Below are positions 16,292 through 25,145 of a stretch of DNA of 36,272 nt, in pieces. Numbering within the stretch: position 1 is the first letter of the stretch; each line of letters begins with the position of its first letter. The translations under genes were made by a program, and so were the position numbers. The notes under the pieces are model-generated. The model was not told where the DNA came from. It ran no database searches and saw only the letters and a program-made list of their open reading frames with translations. Source of the stretch: a virus (Duplodnaviria > Caudoviricetes); IMG/VR virus record IMGVR_UViG_3300044209_000010, positions 1-36,272 of that record. One strand, 5' to 3'.

Positions 16292-16519
16292 CTACGAGAG
16301 GTCAGCCACAATTCCATGGGCTCTCTCATTGAGTACCTTCAAAGTCCATTCACATTTGACCATTCTCTTTTCGGAGTGCCCAGTTTTCGCCAAAGGCTCC
16401 TGGGCCATCTTTTGGAGGTACGCAATCTCGATCTTGTCAGGAGTAACTACAAGGGCGTCGCGTGCCCGCATAAGGCGGGACGGGACGATCTGAACCTCAC
16501 CGAAGTCGCCTACGTAGAT
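16292..16519 (-). CDS. Major capsid protein, exon 2 (75 aa)
   Basis: IYVGDFGEVQIVPSR..LAKTG..EWTLKVLNERAHG is an MCP C-terminus; joins exon 1 in frame to give 318 aa. Confidence 0.9.
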   Translation of the reverse strand: MYVGDFGEVQIVPSRLMRARDALVVTPDKIEIAYLQKMAQEPLAKTGHSEKRMVKCEWTLKVLNERAHGIVADLS

Positions 16520-17282
16520 CACGTCTGTTACCCCTCCCGACCGAAGAGGATGAACTGCGTCAGCTTGCGCATCGGCTGGTCGAGAGTGGGCAGGTCGTTT
16601 CTAGTTCCGCCTGCCTCCAGCGGTTTCCCGCTGGGTCGGACCATATCTTCATCCGAAATCACGTTCGGAGCCCGGCATATGGCCTCTGAGGATTTCGCTG
16701 TCGCTTTGGTGCGGATCGAGCTTATCAACTCGATTTCAGCACGGGTGTACCCGGCCCGCATAACCCGCCCCAGCGCATCGCGCCGCAGATAATTCCGCTT
16801 CCTGCTTTCCAGATACTGCAACACCACGTCCGCCGCCGCTGCCTTCTGTGTCGAACGCAGATACGGGCGAATGGTCGGCAGGAAAGCCATCATCGGCTTT
16901 TCGCCATCCATCCGCAGGTTGGTGCAGTTCTTGTTGATGCCGCCGCTGACGCCGCAAGGCCGCCACACAGCACCCATTTCAGTCAGGATACGCTTGCATT
17001 CCGACAGTATTCCTTCATCGGAATTCACAATGCATGCATACGGAGTTAAGCGAACGCAACCGTCTGGTTTGGTGTAGACCTGGACGCTGATAGTACCTTC
17101 CCCATCAACGATCCCGCCCAACCAAGACAACGATCTTTCCTGCTGATTGCCCATTGTTCCATCTCCACGGATTGTCACCATAATCAGGGTAGCATTATCC
17201 CTGACTACGGTACCGGGAGCTTTAGGGGTTTCCAGCATATAGCCGAGTTTCACGTCAACATTACCACTTATGCGGCGAGTTT
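16520..17282 (-). mobile_element. Group I intron (763 nt) in the major capsid gene
   Basis: Exon 1 ends in U and the intron ends in G; P1 CGUCGAU/GUUGACG; P AUGCUGGAAA 17238-17229, Q AAUCAGCAGG 17148-17139, R UCAGAGGCCAUA 16689-16678, S AAGAUAUGGUCC 16649-16638; P3 CUCGGC/GCCGGG; P9 with a GAAA loop. Confidence 0.92.
16528..17154 (-). CDS. Intron-encoded single-motif LAGLIDADG homing endonuclease (208 aa)
   Basis: LSWLGGIVDGEGTISV motif; FLPTIRPYL; GGAGA RBS before ATG at 17154. Confidence 0.88.
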   Translation of the reverse strand: MGNQQERSLSWLGGIVDGEGTISVQVYTKPDGCVRLTPYACIVNSDEGILSECKRILTEMGAVWRPCGVSGGINKNCTNLRMDGEKPMMAFLPTIRPYLRSTQKAAAADVVLQYLESRKRNYLRRDALGRVMRAGYTRAEIELISSIRTKATAKSSEAICRAPNVISDEDMVRPSGKPLEAGGTRNDLPTLDQPMRKLTQFILFGREG

Positions 17283-18011
17283 ATCGACGGCGGCCACAAT
17301 CTTCCTGCTATCCATTTCACGGAACGTGGTCGCATTTCCGGTGAAGGCGCTGATGAGCTGCTTATTGGCAGACCCCACGAAGACGAGCGACGGATCGCCG
17401 CCGTTGGTCCAGGCCAGGGCCAGCACGGTCTTGAGCAGGGCTTCGGTCAGGGCGCGCTGCGTCCCGTCCACCGCCGCCGTCGTCGGGTAGCCGCTGGTGG
17501 TGCCCGACAGCACCGGGTTCACGCCCGACGTGCCGCGCGACACGTTGGTCTGGAGGAACGACGCGAAGCTGGCGGAGGTGCGGGCGGTCGAGGCGCTGCC
17601 CGCCGACGCGACCTTGTTGCTCAGCAGGGTTTTCTCGATGTCGCGCTTCAGCTCCTGCGTCTTCAGGGCAAGCTGCTTGCTCATGCGGTTCAGGTCGCCG
17701 CTCTCGTCCACCACTTCGCGCGTGCTGGAGACTTGTGCGACCTTATCGCTGATTTGGGTATAGTTCGACAGCCGGACGCCTTCGGTCATGGCGTCGGCGG
17801 TGACATCGTTGCCCTCGATTTCCGCATTTGTGTCGCTCGCGCTAGCGAGGTCCACGGTGACCCACTCGGGATGCGTGGAAACCGTAGTGCCCTTGCGGAT
17901 CGCGGTCAGGAACGGCGTCTCGGTCGGGGCGATGAGTTCGGCGATCTTCGACAGATCTTCGGCGATCACAGACGACTGGTACGTCTGTGCGGTATTGGCG
18001 GGTACAGCCAT
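17283..18011 (-). CDS. Major capsid protein, exon 1 (243 aa; DUF5309-like)
   Basis: EDLS..IAPTETPF..NYTQI..ELKRDIE motifs; follows the scaffold gene; unspliced reading stops 4 codons into the intron. Confidence 0.9.
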
Positions 18012-18014
18012 TGG

Positions 18015-19040
18015 TCAGCCCAATTCAATCAGGCGCGCGATGGCATCCATATCTTTGCCACCGCTGCGTTTCACGTTGGAGATGACAGCTTTCTTCTGGT
18101 CCGGCGCCGGCCCTGCCGCGCCCGGTCTTACCATCCGTGGGGCTGTCGCGAGTTTGTTCTGGACTGTCGGCTTGGACGCCATGAGCTGGCGGTACAGCAT
18201 GCTTTCGCGGGCCATCAGGACGGCCCTCGGATCGGCGGCGGCGGCGATTTCGTGGTCCGCGTACCCGATTGCCCGAAGGTGTTCCGCGATTTTCGGCTGC
18301 TCGGCCTTGGCTACTTCCGGCTTCTTCCACTCCGGCAGCATCTCGACCAGTTGCGCGCGGGCTTGCTGCAGCGTCTGCTGCTGCATCGCCTGCATGTGCT
18401 GCTGCTGCTGCTGCTGCGCCTGGTCCCGCTCGGCGAGCACGTTCCGCAGTTGCCCGACGCGGATCTCCCAGTCCTCTTTGGCGTTCTGGTATCCAATCGG
18501 GTCCGCGTCGCGCATCTCGATGGGCGGACGGGGCGGCAGCGTCGCTTGAAGCACGGCTGCGACTTGATCGAGTTGTGTAGCGTAATGTTGCCTCTCAGCC
18601 GCGACGCGCTGGAACTCTGCCTCAGCGGCTTGCCGCTGCTGGGCCAACTCCATCGTCTTGCGGCTGTAGTCGGCTTGGCGCTGGTAGCCGTTCAGCAACT
18701 CCTCGCGGGTCACCTGCTGTTCGCGGCCATCGACCTTGACCGTGTAAAGCTCAGGCTCCGCTTCGGGCTGCTCGGGCTGTTCGGGCGCGTCGCCGTCTTC
18801 GTCCTCGCCCTCGTCGGGCGGTGTCTCCGGTCCCGGCTCCGGGATCTCTTCCGGCTCCGGGTTCGGGTTCTGAGAAGCGAACTTCCCAGATTGATCGCGC
18901 GGCTTCTGGGGTGCCGGGTCGCGGTCGGGCTTGCCCGATCCGTTGTCCTCCCGATCCAACATGCCGCTGATCAAATCCACGGGGTCAGGCGCGGAGGTTC
19001 CTTCGCTCCCGGTTGCCGGGTTGGCGCTATCTACGTCCAT
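18015..19040 (-). CDS. Capsid scaffolding protein
   Basis: Acidic N-terminus, VKVDGREQQVTREELLNGYQRQADYSRKT, coiled coil; sits between portal and MCP. Confidence 0.85.
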   Translation of the reverse strand: MDVDSANPATGSEGTSAPDPVDLISGMLDREDNGSGKPDRDPAPQKPRDQSGKFASQNPNPEPEEIPEPGPETPPDEGEDEDGDAPEQPEQPEAEPELYTVKVDGREQQVTREELLNGYQRQADYSRKTMELAQQRQAAEAEFQRVAAERQHYATQLDQVAAVLQATLPPRPPIEMRDADPIGYQNAKEDWEIRVGQLRNVLAERDQAQQQQQQHMQAMQQQTLQQARAQLVEMLPEWKKPEVAKAEQPKIAEHLRAIGYADHEIAAAADPRAVLMARESMLYRQLMASKPTVQNKLATAPRMVRPGAAGPAPDQKKAVISNVKRSGGKDMDAIARLIELG

Positions 19041-19055
19041 GGTGCTCTCGTGGTC

Positions 19056-19340
19056 TTAGGGGTTGGTGATGCCAGCGCGCATTTCGTCCAGGGCGGCGCG
19101 AGCCATTTCCCCGTCCTCAAGCGCGGTGTTCAGTTCGGCCCTGACCTCGGCGATGGCCTGGAGGTAGAGCCACAGGCGTTCGCGCATTTCCGGCTTGTCG
19201 GCCGGGCTGTTGCGCCACGCCAGCAGGTAGCGGGCGTCGAGCGCCTCGAAGGCGCCGACCAGCAGCGGGTCATCGATGTAAGCGCGCGCGCGTTCGGCCG
19301 CCGCGACCCGTCGCCGCAGCGCTAGTTCGTCGTCGGTCAT
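19056..19340 (-). CDS. Hypothetical head-module protein (94 aa)
   Basis: Helical ORF between portal and scaffold. Confidence 0.75.
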   Translation of the reverse strand: MTDDELALRRRVAAAERARAYIDDPLLVGAFEALDARYLLAWRNSPADKPEMRERLWLYLQAIAEVRAELNTALEDGEMARAALDEMRAGITNP

Positions 19341-19346
19341 GGTGCG

Positions 19347-21419
19347 TTACTGGATCTGCTGTGGCGGTTGCATCTGCTGCTGGGCCAGTTGGCCCTGCTG
19401 GCGGATCGCTTCACGGTCACGCTCGACGGCGGCTCGGATCTGCGCGATGTTGACCTGCGCCCCGTACTTGGCCTGAAGCTCGGCGGCCTTCAGCGAGATG
19501 TCAGCGTCGAGCTTGTCGCGCTCGCGGTCATCGGCGCGGATCATCTTCTCACGCTCCAGCGCCAGCTTGCCCTGCTCGACCTGCGCCTGAACCTGGATCA
19601 TCATGATGTTCGGGTCGGGCTGCTGCTGCTGGGGCTGCTGCTGCGGCGGCTGCTGGCTGGGATCGCGGAAGTACTGGTCAACGTTCTTCAGCCCGGCGAT
19701 TTTCACGAGCTGGGCCAGCGTATGGTAATACTCCTGCGGCGACACTAGACCGCCGTACCCGCCGTTCTGAATGATGCCTTCTTGTGTGGCCTGGATCTGC
19801 GCCAGAATGCCGAGCTGCTCGGTTTTATTGCCGGTCCCGAGCCCCACTTCCGTCGTCAGGTCCATGTTGCTGTTCCACGAGCGCGGGTCCATTTCAACCC
19901 ACTGGTTCCGCAGCCGGACGACGCGGGATTTCTGCTGGTAGCGGGTGACCAGTTGGAGGATCAGCGAAAACGCGCGCTTGATGCCGGTTTCGGCGAAGAC
20001 GCGGCAGATCAACTCGACACGCTGCTGAGCGGCGGACTGGAGCGCCGCAACGCCCGTGGCAGTCTGCGCCGCCGCCGCCCCGCCTTTCAGCACGTCCGCG
20101 TCGATGCCTTGGGACAGCTTTGAAACGCCGCTTCGCCCCTCAAGTACCCGGTCAACATACTCAAGCATCGGGAAGGCGGCTTGGCCGACAAATTGGCTGT
20201 TTAGTTCGCCAACCATGCCGGGAGCCTTGACGCGGACAACACCGCCCGCCTCGCTGTTGAGGAGTTCTTGCAGATTGACTTGCCCGTCAACCGCCCATGT
20301 GCGCGGCTTGTTCGCCAGATAGAGCGAATTCAGCATCTGCCGAGTAATCGACGTTTTTATCTCCTGCAGATCCTTAACCAGATCGGCAATCGACAGCCCG
20401 TTGAGACGGTGCGGCATGAGGATCGGGCTCAGCACCGCGAACGGTGGCCCGTCCACCTCTTCGACGTTGAGCACCTTGCTGTCATTGACGCCGCCGAGCG
20501 TCACCTTGACCCACTCGGTCCGGCCGTCGCCGTTGATGTCGAGCTTGGTATACCACTCGGTAACCTCGATCAGCCTGGACGCGCGGTCGCGGCTGTCGCG
20601 GTTGGCGTCCTCCAGCGCACTGGGCTGGAGCCGATGGCTGCGCTCGCCCCACTCGTCATCCTCGTCAGCGGTCGGCAGATCGTCCACCAGCCCCGCATCA
20701 TAGCCGGCTTCGATCAGGTCGCTCTGCGTAACGCGCCGCCGATGGCCCTGCCCCGGATCGGCATCGCTCTTGACGGTCGGGAGGAACAGGTACTCTTCCG
20801 GCGGCACGGGCTCGACGCACACGCGGCCGTCCGGCTCGGCGTAGGTCAGGCGGACATCGTAGAGCACTGTCGGCTGACCATCAGGCCCAAGCGGCCCCTC
20901 GACCTGCTCCGCCGCCGTGATATCGGCGTTCTGGTCCTGCGTCAGCAATGCTAGCTGCATCTCGGACAGCCCGCCCATGTCCAGCGTCCGGTACCTGGTC
21001 TCGTCCTCCCACCAGATCTTGACCACGCCCAATCCACCGATCAGGGCATCCTTTATCCAGGTGTGAAGGATTAAAAACCCTGGGTTGTCTCTATTGAATA
21101 TGAAATTCACGAAATCGGTAGCTTGCTCCGCCAGTTGTTCGTCTTCCGCCCCTTGAGGCTCAAACCGAACAATCTCGTCAGTAGAAGCAAAGACTTTGAT
21201 GATCTGGGGGAGAAGCCACTCTGTCGCCTCAAGAACTTCTCTGGTGACAACAGAAGATTGCCCAGGCTTGCTGGCCCACCTGTTTTTTCCAAGATAGTAG
21301 TCAAGCGCGTCTTGCCTTGCCGAAGAAAGCGTCCCAACATGACTTTCAGCGGCAGCAATTTCTTTCCCGCAAATAGCTTTGATATCATCATCGCTTAGGG
21401 GCTTGGGGCTAGTCGGCAT
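19347..21419 (-). CDS. Portal protein (P22-like, with C-terminal Gln-rich barrel)
   Basis: About 690 aa; WIKDALIGGLGVVK.WW, VPPEEY and PFAVLSPILMPHR.G motifs; probable ATG at 21419. Confidence 0.88.
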   Translation of the reverse strand: MPTSPKPLSDDDIKAICGKEIAAAESHVGTLSSARQDALDYYLGKNRWASKPGQSSVVTREVLEATEWLLPQIIKVFASTDEIVRFEPQGAEDEQLAEQATDFVNFIFNRDNPGFLILHTWIKDALIGGLGVVKIWWEDETRYRTLDMGGLSEMQLALLTQDQNADITAAEQVEGPLGPDGQPTVLYDVRLTYAEPDGRVCVEPVPPEEYLFLPTVKSDADPGQGHRRRVTQSDLIEAGYDAGLVDDLPTADEDDEWGERSHRLQPSALEDANRDSRDRASRLIEVTEWYTKLDINGDGRTEWVKVTLGGVNDSKVLNVEEVDGPPFAVLSPILMPHRLNGLSIADLVKDLQEIKTSITRQMLNSLYLANKPRTWAVDGQVNLQELLNSEAGGVVRVKAPGMVGELNSQFVGQAAFPMLEYVDRVLEGRSGVSKLSQGIDADVLKGGAAAAQTATGVAALQSAAQQRVELICRVFAETGIKRAFSLILQLVTRYQQKSRVVRLRNQWVEMDPRSWNSNMDLTTEVGLGTGNKTEQLGILAQIQATQEGIIQNGGYGGLVSPQEYYHTLAQLVKIAGLKNVDQYFRDPSQQPPQQQPQQQQPDPNIMMIQVQAQVEQGKLALEREKMIRADDRERDKLDADISLKAAELQAKYGAQVNIAQIRAAVERDREAIRQQGQLAQQQMQPPQQIQ

Positions 21420-22269
21420 GCTTGCGCCTTTTCGTTTGGCTCTGCGCCACGCCAGCACATGCCGGACTGCAGTTCCGCGCCTTCGCGTACTTATTCGTGA
21501 TGAACGTCGTGCCGCAGGTCACGCACACGCGATCTGTCTTATCAATGCCGCTTTCCCGTCGCGCTGCCGCTCGGCAGTTATTCGAGCAGATCGCCGCGCT
21601 CGACCAGTACGATGTGAAGGAACTGCCGCATTGCTTGCAAGTGAGGTCCAGCAGCTTCCGCGCATTCCACGTCGCTTTGCCGTGCTGCTTATGCCATGCG
21701 CGGCCGTCTTCCGAAGCGTGCCATTCCTTCGCCGCCTCGCGCGCCTTCTCCAGCGATGGCTGAAGCGCGGCCTTGTGGGCTTCGGACAGTTTGCGGCCCA
21801 AGTTCGCAGCCTTCAGCGCAGCCATCACATGCGCGGGGCGCTTCTTGCCAAGCATGTTCTGGCGCAGCTTCTCGCATGTTTCAGCGGAGAACTGCCTGCC
21901 TGTGTTGGCTGCCTTGATCTTGGCGATGTGTTCAGCAGACAACTTCTTGCCCCGCCGGGAAACGGCCAGCCTTGTCTTCTCAGACATAGGGCGCCCCGCC
22001 GAGCCTTCGCCGCCGGTCGTCTGGTTGGCGAGCTTCACGCCAGCAGCGCGCAATTCAGCTATCTTCTCGCACTCCAGCGTGAAGGCTTCAGCTTCAGACG
22101 CGACGGGGAACAGTTCAACGATGATGTTCTCAGCGCCGTACTTTGCGATGATGTTCAGGTGATGCGGGTTGCGCCGATACTGCATGTTATATGCGCGCCG
22201 CCCATGCCCCTTGCCGACATAGAACGGTGTGCCGTCAGGGCGGCAGTGAAAGTACACATAGAAAGCCAT
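21409..22269 (-). CDS. Free-standing GIY-YIG endonuclease with NUMOD3 repeats and C-terminal Cys zinc ribbons
   Basis: FYVYFHCRPDGTPFYVGKG..R..E..LANQTTGGEG; GRPMSEKTR, GKKLSAEH and GRKLSEAHK repeats; two CxxC..CSxxC pairs. Confidence 0.85.
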   Translation of the reverse strand: MAFYVYFHCRPDGTPFYVGKGHGRRAYNMQYRRNPHHLNIIAKYGAENIIVELFPVASEAEAFTLECEKIAELRAAGVKLANQTTGGEGSAGRPMSEKTRLAVSRRGKKLSAEHIAKIKAANTGRQFSAETCEKLRQNMLGKKRPAHVMAALKAANLGRKLSEAHKAALQPSLEKAREAAKEWHASEDGRAWHKQHGKATWNARKLLDLTCKQCGSSFTSYWSSAAICSNNCRAAARRESGIDKTDRVCVTCGTTFITNKYAKARNCSPACAGVAQSQTKRRKHAD

Positions 22270-22382
22270 GGCCGGTGCCTCCGAGGATTGATATCCCCGA
22301 AGAATACCGATGCATTCTGATATCTCGCCATTGCGCAGGAGAACCGCAGCCGGCACTCCGGCATAACCCGCCGGCGCCAGCA

Positions 22383-23630
22383 TCAAACGACCCACCCGAG
22401 ATCAGGCTTCAAAGGCTTAGACCATCCGTCATCCGCACCATCCGTTATGGCGAGCGAGAACATAAGGAATGCATCCGATGCGTGTGATGCGTCATCATGG
22501 AGAGGGTCCTTGGAGTACTGCCCCGTCTCCGGGTTGACGCCGTAGCGGTAGCGGCGGAGCGCGTTCAGGCCATCGGCGCACTTGTCAGCATCGAAGTAGC
22601 AGCGCGGAAAGACGGTGCGCGCCGCGTTGATCTGGTCTGCCTTGCGGGTGACGGGGACCACCTCGACCCGGTAGCCGGCGTCTTCCACCTGCTTGGCGAT
22701 GGTGCGCGGGCTGGCGAGAAGTTCATGCTTGGCGTCGTGCGGCAGATAGCAGGTGCCGTAGACGTATTCCCGCTTCTGGAGTTCCTTGAGGTAGTGCGAC
22801 AGGTCGTAGCCGCGCGACTGGTAGAAGTCGATCAGCCGGTATTCGAAGCCAACCTGCTGGGCGAACCAGATGCTGGTCATGTCGGCGCGGCCGAGGTCCC
22901 AAAACGTCTGCACGGGCTTGGCGCGCTCGTACGGTACGCGCGTGAAGCGCTGGTCCTTGGTGGCCGTGCGGATCTCTTGTGAGAAGATCGCGCCGTCGAG
23001 GACCTGGCGCGTATGGCCCTCCCAAACCGTCAGGTAGGCGTCATGATCCCGCTCGCGCAACAGTTCCATCTCGTCGCGCAGGACGTTGGGAAACCACGGG
23101 TTGTCGGACCAATTGATCTTGCGGACGATGGCGCCGGGAGGCGGGTCTTTGACGAAGCGTACGTACGTCTCGTCCGTGTCCAGTTCGGGATTGAAGCTGA
23201 TCCATATCTCGGAGTCAGGCTTGCGGATCGTCGGGATCAGCGTCATCCAAGACGCCCTGCTCACGGTCTGAGCCTCTTCCACCCAGCAAATCGACGTGCC
23301 CTCGACCGACTTGAGGCTGTTCACGTTGTGCCGCAGGCCGGCGAACGTGAACTCCGTCCCGTTGCGGCCCCGGATCGACGTGTTGGTAACCTCGTAGAAG
23401 TCACTCAGGCCCATGGCCTCGATCTGGTTGACCAGAAGTCGGTGGACGCTGTCAGCGACAGACTTCTGGATCTCGCGGGCACATAGGATCTGGAGAGGTT
23501 TCGCCGCGCCCTGGACAAGCAGAGCCCGCGCGATGCCCCACGATTTCCCCGACCCGCGCCCGCCCCAACAGCATTTCGTCCGCGCCGGGGTGAAAAGAAA
23601 CTCCAGCGCTTCGGGGAACTCAACCAGCAT
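22383..23630 (-). CDS. terL: Terminase large subunit (PBSX-like)
   Basis: Walker A GGRGSGKS, Walker B WVEEA, SFNP coupling motif, nuclease WDLG..SHASDA. Confidence 0.95.
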   Translation of the reverse strand: MLVEFPEALEFLFTPARTKCCWGGRGSGKSWGIARALLVQGAAKPLQILCAREIQKSVADSVHRLLVNQIEAMGLSDFYEVTNTSIRGRNGTEFTFAGLRHNVNSLKSVEGTSICWVEEAQTVSRASWMTLIPTIRKPDSEIWISFNPELDTDETYVRFVKDPPPGAIVRKINWSDNPWFPNVLRDEMELLRERDHDAYLTVWEGHTRQVLDGAIFSQEIRTATKDQRFTRVPYERAKPVQTFWDLGRADMTSIWFAQQVGFEYRLIDFYQSRGYDLSHYLKELQKREYVYGTCYLPHDAKHELLASPRTIAKQVEDAGYRVEVVPVTRKADQINAARTVFPRCYFDADKCADGLNALRRYRYGVNPETGQYSKDPLHDDASHASDAFLMFSLAITDGADDGWSKPLKPDLGWVV

Positions 23631-24000
23631 CAGTGCCTGATTTCGGCGCTGTGACGAAGGCGACGGCGAGGCTTTTGCCCTCGGCGTCGGTATGGGCGAT
23701 CTCCTGCTTCTCTTTCCAGCCCATCCGGGTCTTTGACCACCAGATGGCGGCCGTCACGTCACCGCCGACAGCCTTGGCGAACAGGGTCTTGCCGACGGCG
23801 AAGTTCGCCAGCGGCGCCGCCGTGTCGAGTTCATGCCGGAAATGCTTGCGCAGAGTGTCTTCATCGATCCCGATGACCAGCGCCATCTGCGCCTGCGGGA
23901 TACCGCAAGCCGCCATGCCATCGACCTTGGCGCGCTGTTCGGCGCTCGGCTCGAACGGCGGCCGCCCGGCCGATTTCGGCAGCGGTTCGTCAGCGATCAT
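23620..24000 (-). CDS. terS: Terminase small subunit
   Basis: GRP..HTH (IGIDEDTLRKHF)..AAIWWSKTRMGWKE; overlaps the terL start; exact start uncertain. Confidence 0.75.
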   Translation of the reverse strand: MIADEPLPKSAGRPPFEPSAEQRAKVDGMAACGIPQAQMALVIGIDEDTLRKHFRHELDTAAPLANFAVGKTLFAKAVGGDVTAAIWWSKTRMGWKEKQEIAHTDAEGKSLAVAFVTAPKSGTDAG

Positions 24001-24027
24001 TTTGTTTACCGGAAAAATCTTCAGACA

Positions 24028-24060
24028 CAAGAAAAGCCGGCGAGGTTTCCCTGCCGGCTA
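24028..24060 (-). terminator. Terminator in the late leader
   Basis: AGCCGGC-AGG-GAAA-CCT-C-GCCGGCT followed by TTTCTTG, just upstream of terS. Confidence 0.6.
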
Positions 24061-24092
24061 GAATTTGGAGACGCGAGTGCGCGCATATCACC

Positions 24093-24121
24093 GACGTATC
24101 ACGCAGCGGCCCGCTGGTCAA
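24093..24121 (-). promoter_or_regulatory. Putative late promoter
   Basis: TTGACC-N17-TACGTC upstream of the terminator and terS. Confidence 0.45.
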
Positions 24122-24132
24122 GCGCATCAACG

Positions 24133-24318
24133 TTAACGTGCGTCCGTCCGCTCCGCCAGCTTGAGCGCGGTTTGCCGATGCTCGGCCCGCTCCTGGCGCA
24201 GCTCCTGGCGCATCTTGCGGAGGTTGTATTTCAGCTTGTCGACTTCGGCGGCCAGCCTGCGCGCCTCGAACGACGCTTTCTGGAGCGCGCGGCGCAGGTC
24301 CTCGTCGTCGGTCATCAC
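24133..24318 (-). CDS. Small coiled-coil protein (61 aa)
   Basis: GTGA coupling with the upstream gene; heptad pattern. Confidence 0.6.
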   Translation of the reverse strand: MMTDDEDLRRALQKASFEARRLAAEVDKLKYNLRKMRQELRQERAEHRQTALKLAERTDAR

Positions 24319-24803
24319 GTGTCCGGCAGACCGAGGTGGTCGGCGGCGAGGTCGAGAGCGTGCCGGAGCAGCGCGATCACGCCTTTCCGGTCCATGCCGC
24401 CGCCGATCTCGTTCGCCCAGCGCTCGCAGGACCAGTCGTTACACGCCACATTCCAGGTCAGGGACCACAGCCGCAGCCCGACCGCGTCGCGCAACCCCCG
24501 GTATTCCCGCGCCGCGTCAAGCTGTCGATCCGTGTAGCCACCGGGGTCAAACACGGTGCAGCCGCCGCTGTCGCCGTCGCGCGCCCCGACGATGCCGAGC
24601 GCCCAGCACTGGTACAGCCGCTGCCCGGCGTGAGCTTGGCGATGGCTCAGGAGCCCCCGGCGGGCCATTCTCTCGATGCTCGGCATCGCCCGTGCATTCA
24701 TGGCCCCCGGAGTGTCACTGACGCGCTCGATGACCATGTCCGAGTGCTGGTCGCGCTCCGGCCGGATCAGCGAGCGGCGCAGCGCGGTTTCAGCTTTGGT
24801 CAC
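24315..24803 (-). CDS. Putative late transcription regulator (DUF6456-like, C-terminal HTH)
   Basis: IERMARRGLLSHRQAHAGQRL..LLRHALDLAADH pattern; last substantial early gene before the late promoter. Confidence 0.55.
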   Translation of the reverse strand: MTKAETALRRSLIRPERDQHSDMVIERVSDTPGAMNARAMPSIERMARRGLLSHRQAHAGQRLYQCWALGIVGARDGDSGGCTVFDPGGYTDRQLDAAREYRGLRDAVGLRLWSLTWNVACNDWSCERWANEIGGGMDRKGVIALLRHALDLAADHLGLPDT

Positions 24804-24982
24804 AGCAGGCCCTCGGCGATCAGCGCCTTGACGACGCGGTCGTGCAGATCGGCGGCGCGCGTGTCGCGCTGCGGCTGATCGCCGAGGTACGCCTCGATCT
24901 GGCGGAGCAGGGCGACGGGCACGAAGACGTGGTCCGAGCGCACGCCGCTGACCGGCAGGACCGGCCGCCTCATGGGATACAT
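24800..24982 (-). CDS. Hypothetical protein
   Basis: Stop overlaps the next GTG; start uncertain (24982 or 24973). Confidence 0.5.
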   Translation of the reverse strand: MYPMRRPVLPVSGVRSDHVFVPVALLRQIEAYLGDQPQRDTRAADLHDRVVKALIAEGLL

Positions 24983-25145
24983 CCGGGAATGCCTCTCCAG
25001 GGTTCGGCGTGGCGCCGCGTGATGCGTCCTGTGGGTGGGGGAGTTATCCGCGCACCCTCCGAAGCCAGACCGCATCCACGGGCCACCCCAACATAGCTAG
25101 CGTTGATTTCAGCTTTAGCGCGATCCGTGTCCATAGTTTTTCGCT

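Noticed and set aside
17268-18011. MCP as a pseudogene or a programmed frameshift
   Set aside because: The intervening sequence has a complete group I core and splicing restores the frame exactly
18370-18420. CTG/CAG triplet runs (also 19620-19660)
   Set aside because: They encode poly-Gln stretches of the scaffold and portal; no sign of phase variation
22383-23630. Inteins in TerL or DnaB
   Set aside because: Both proteins are of normal length with contiguous motifs and no intein terminal signatures
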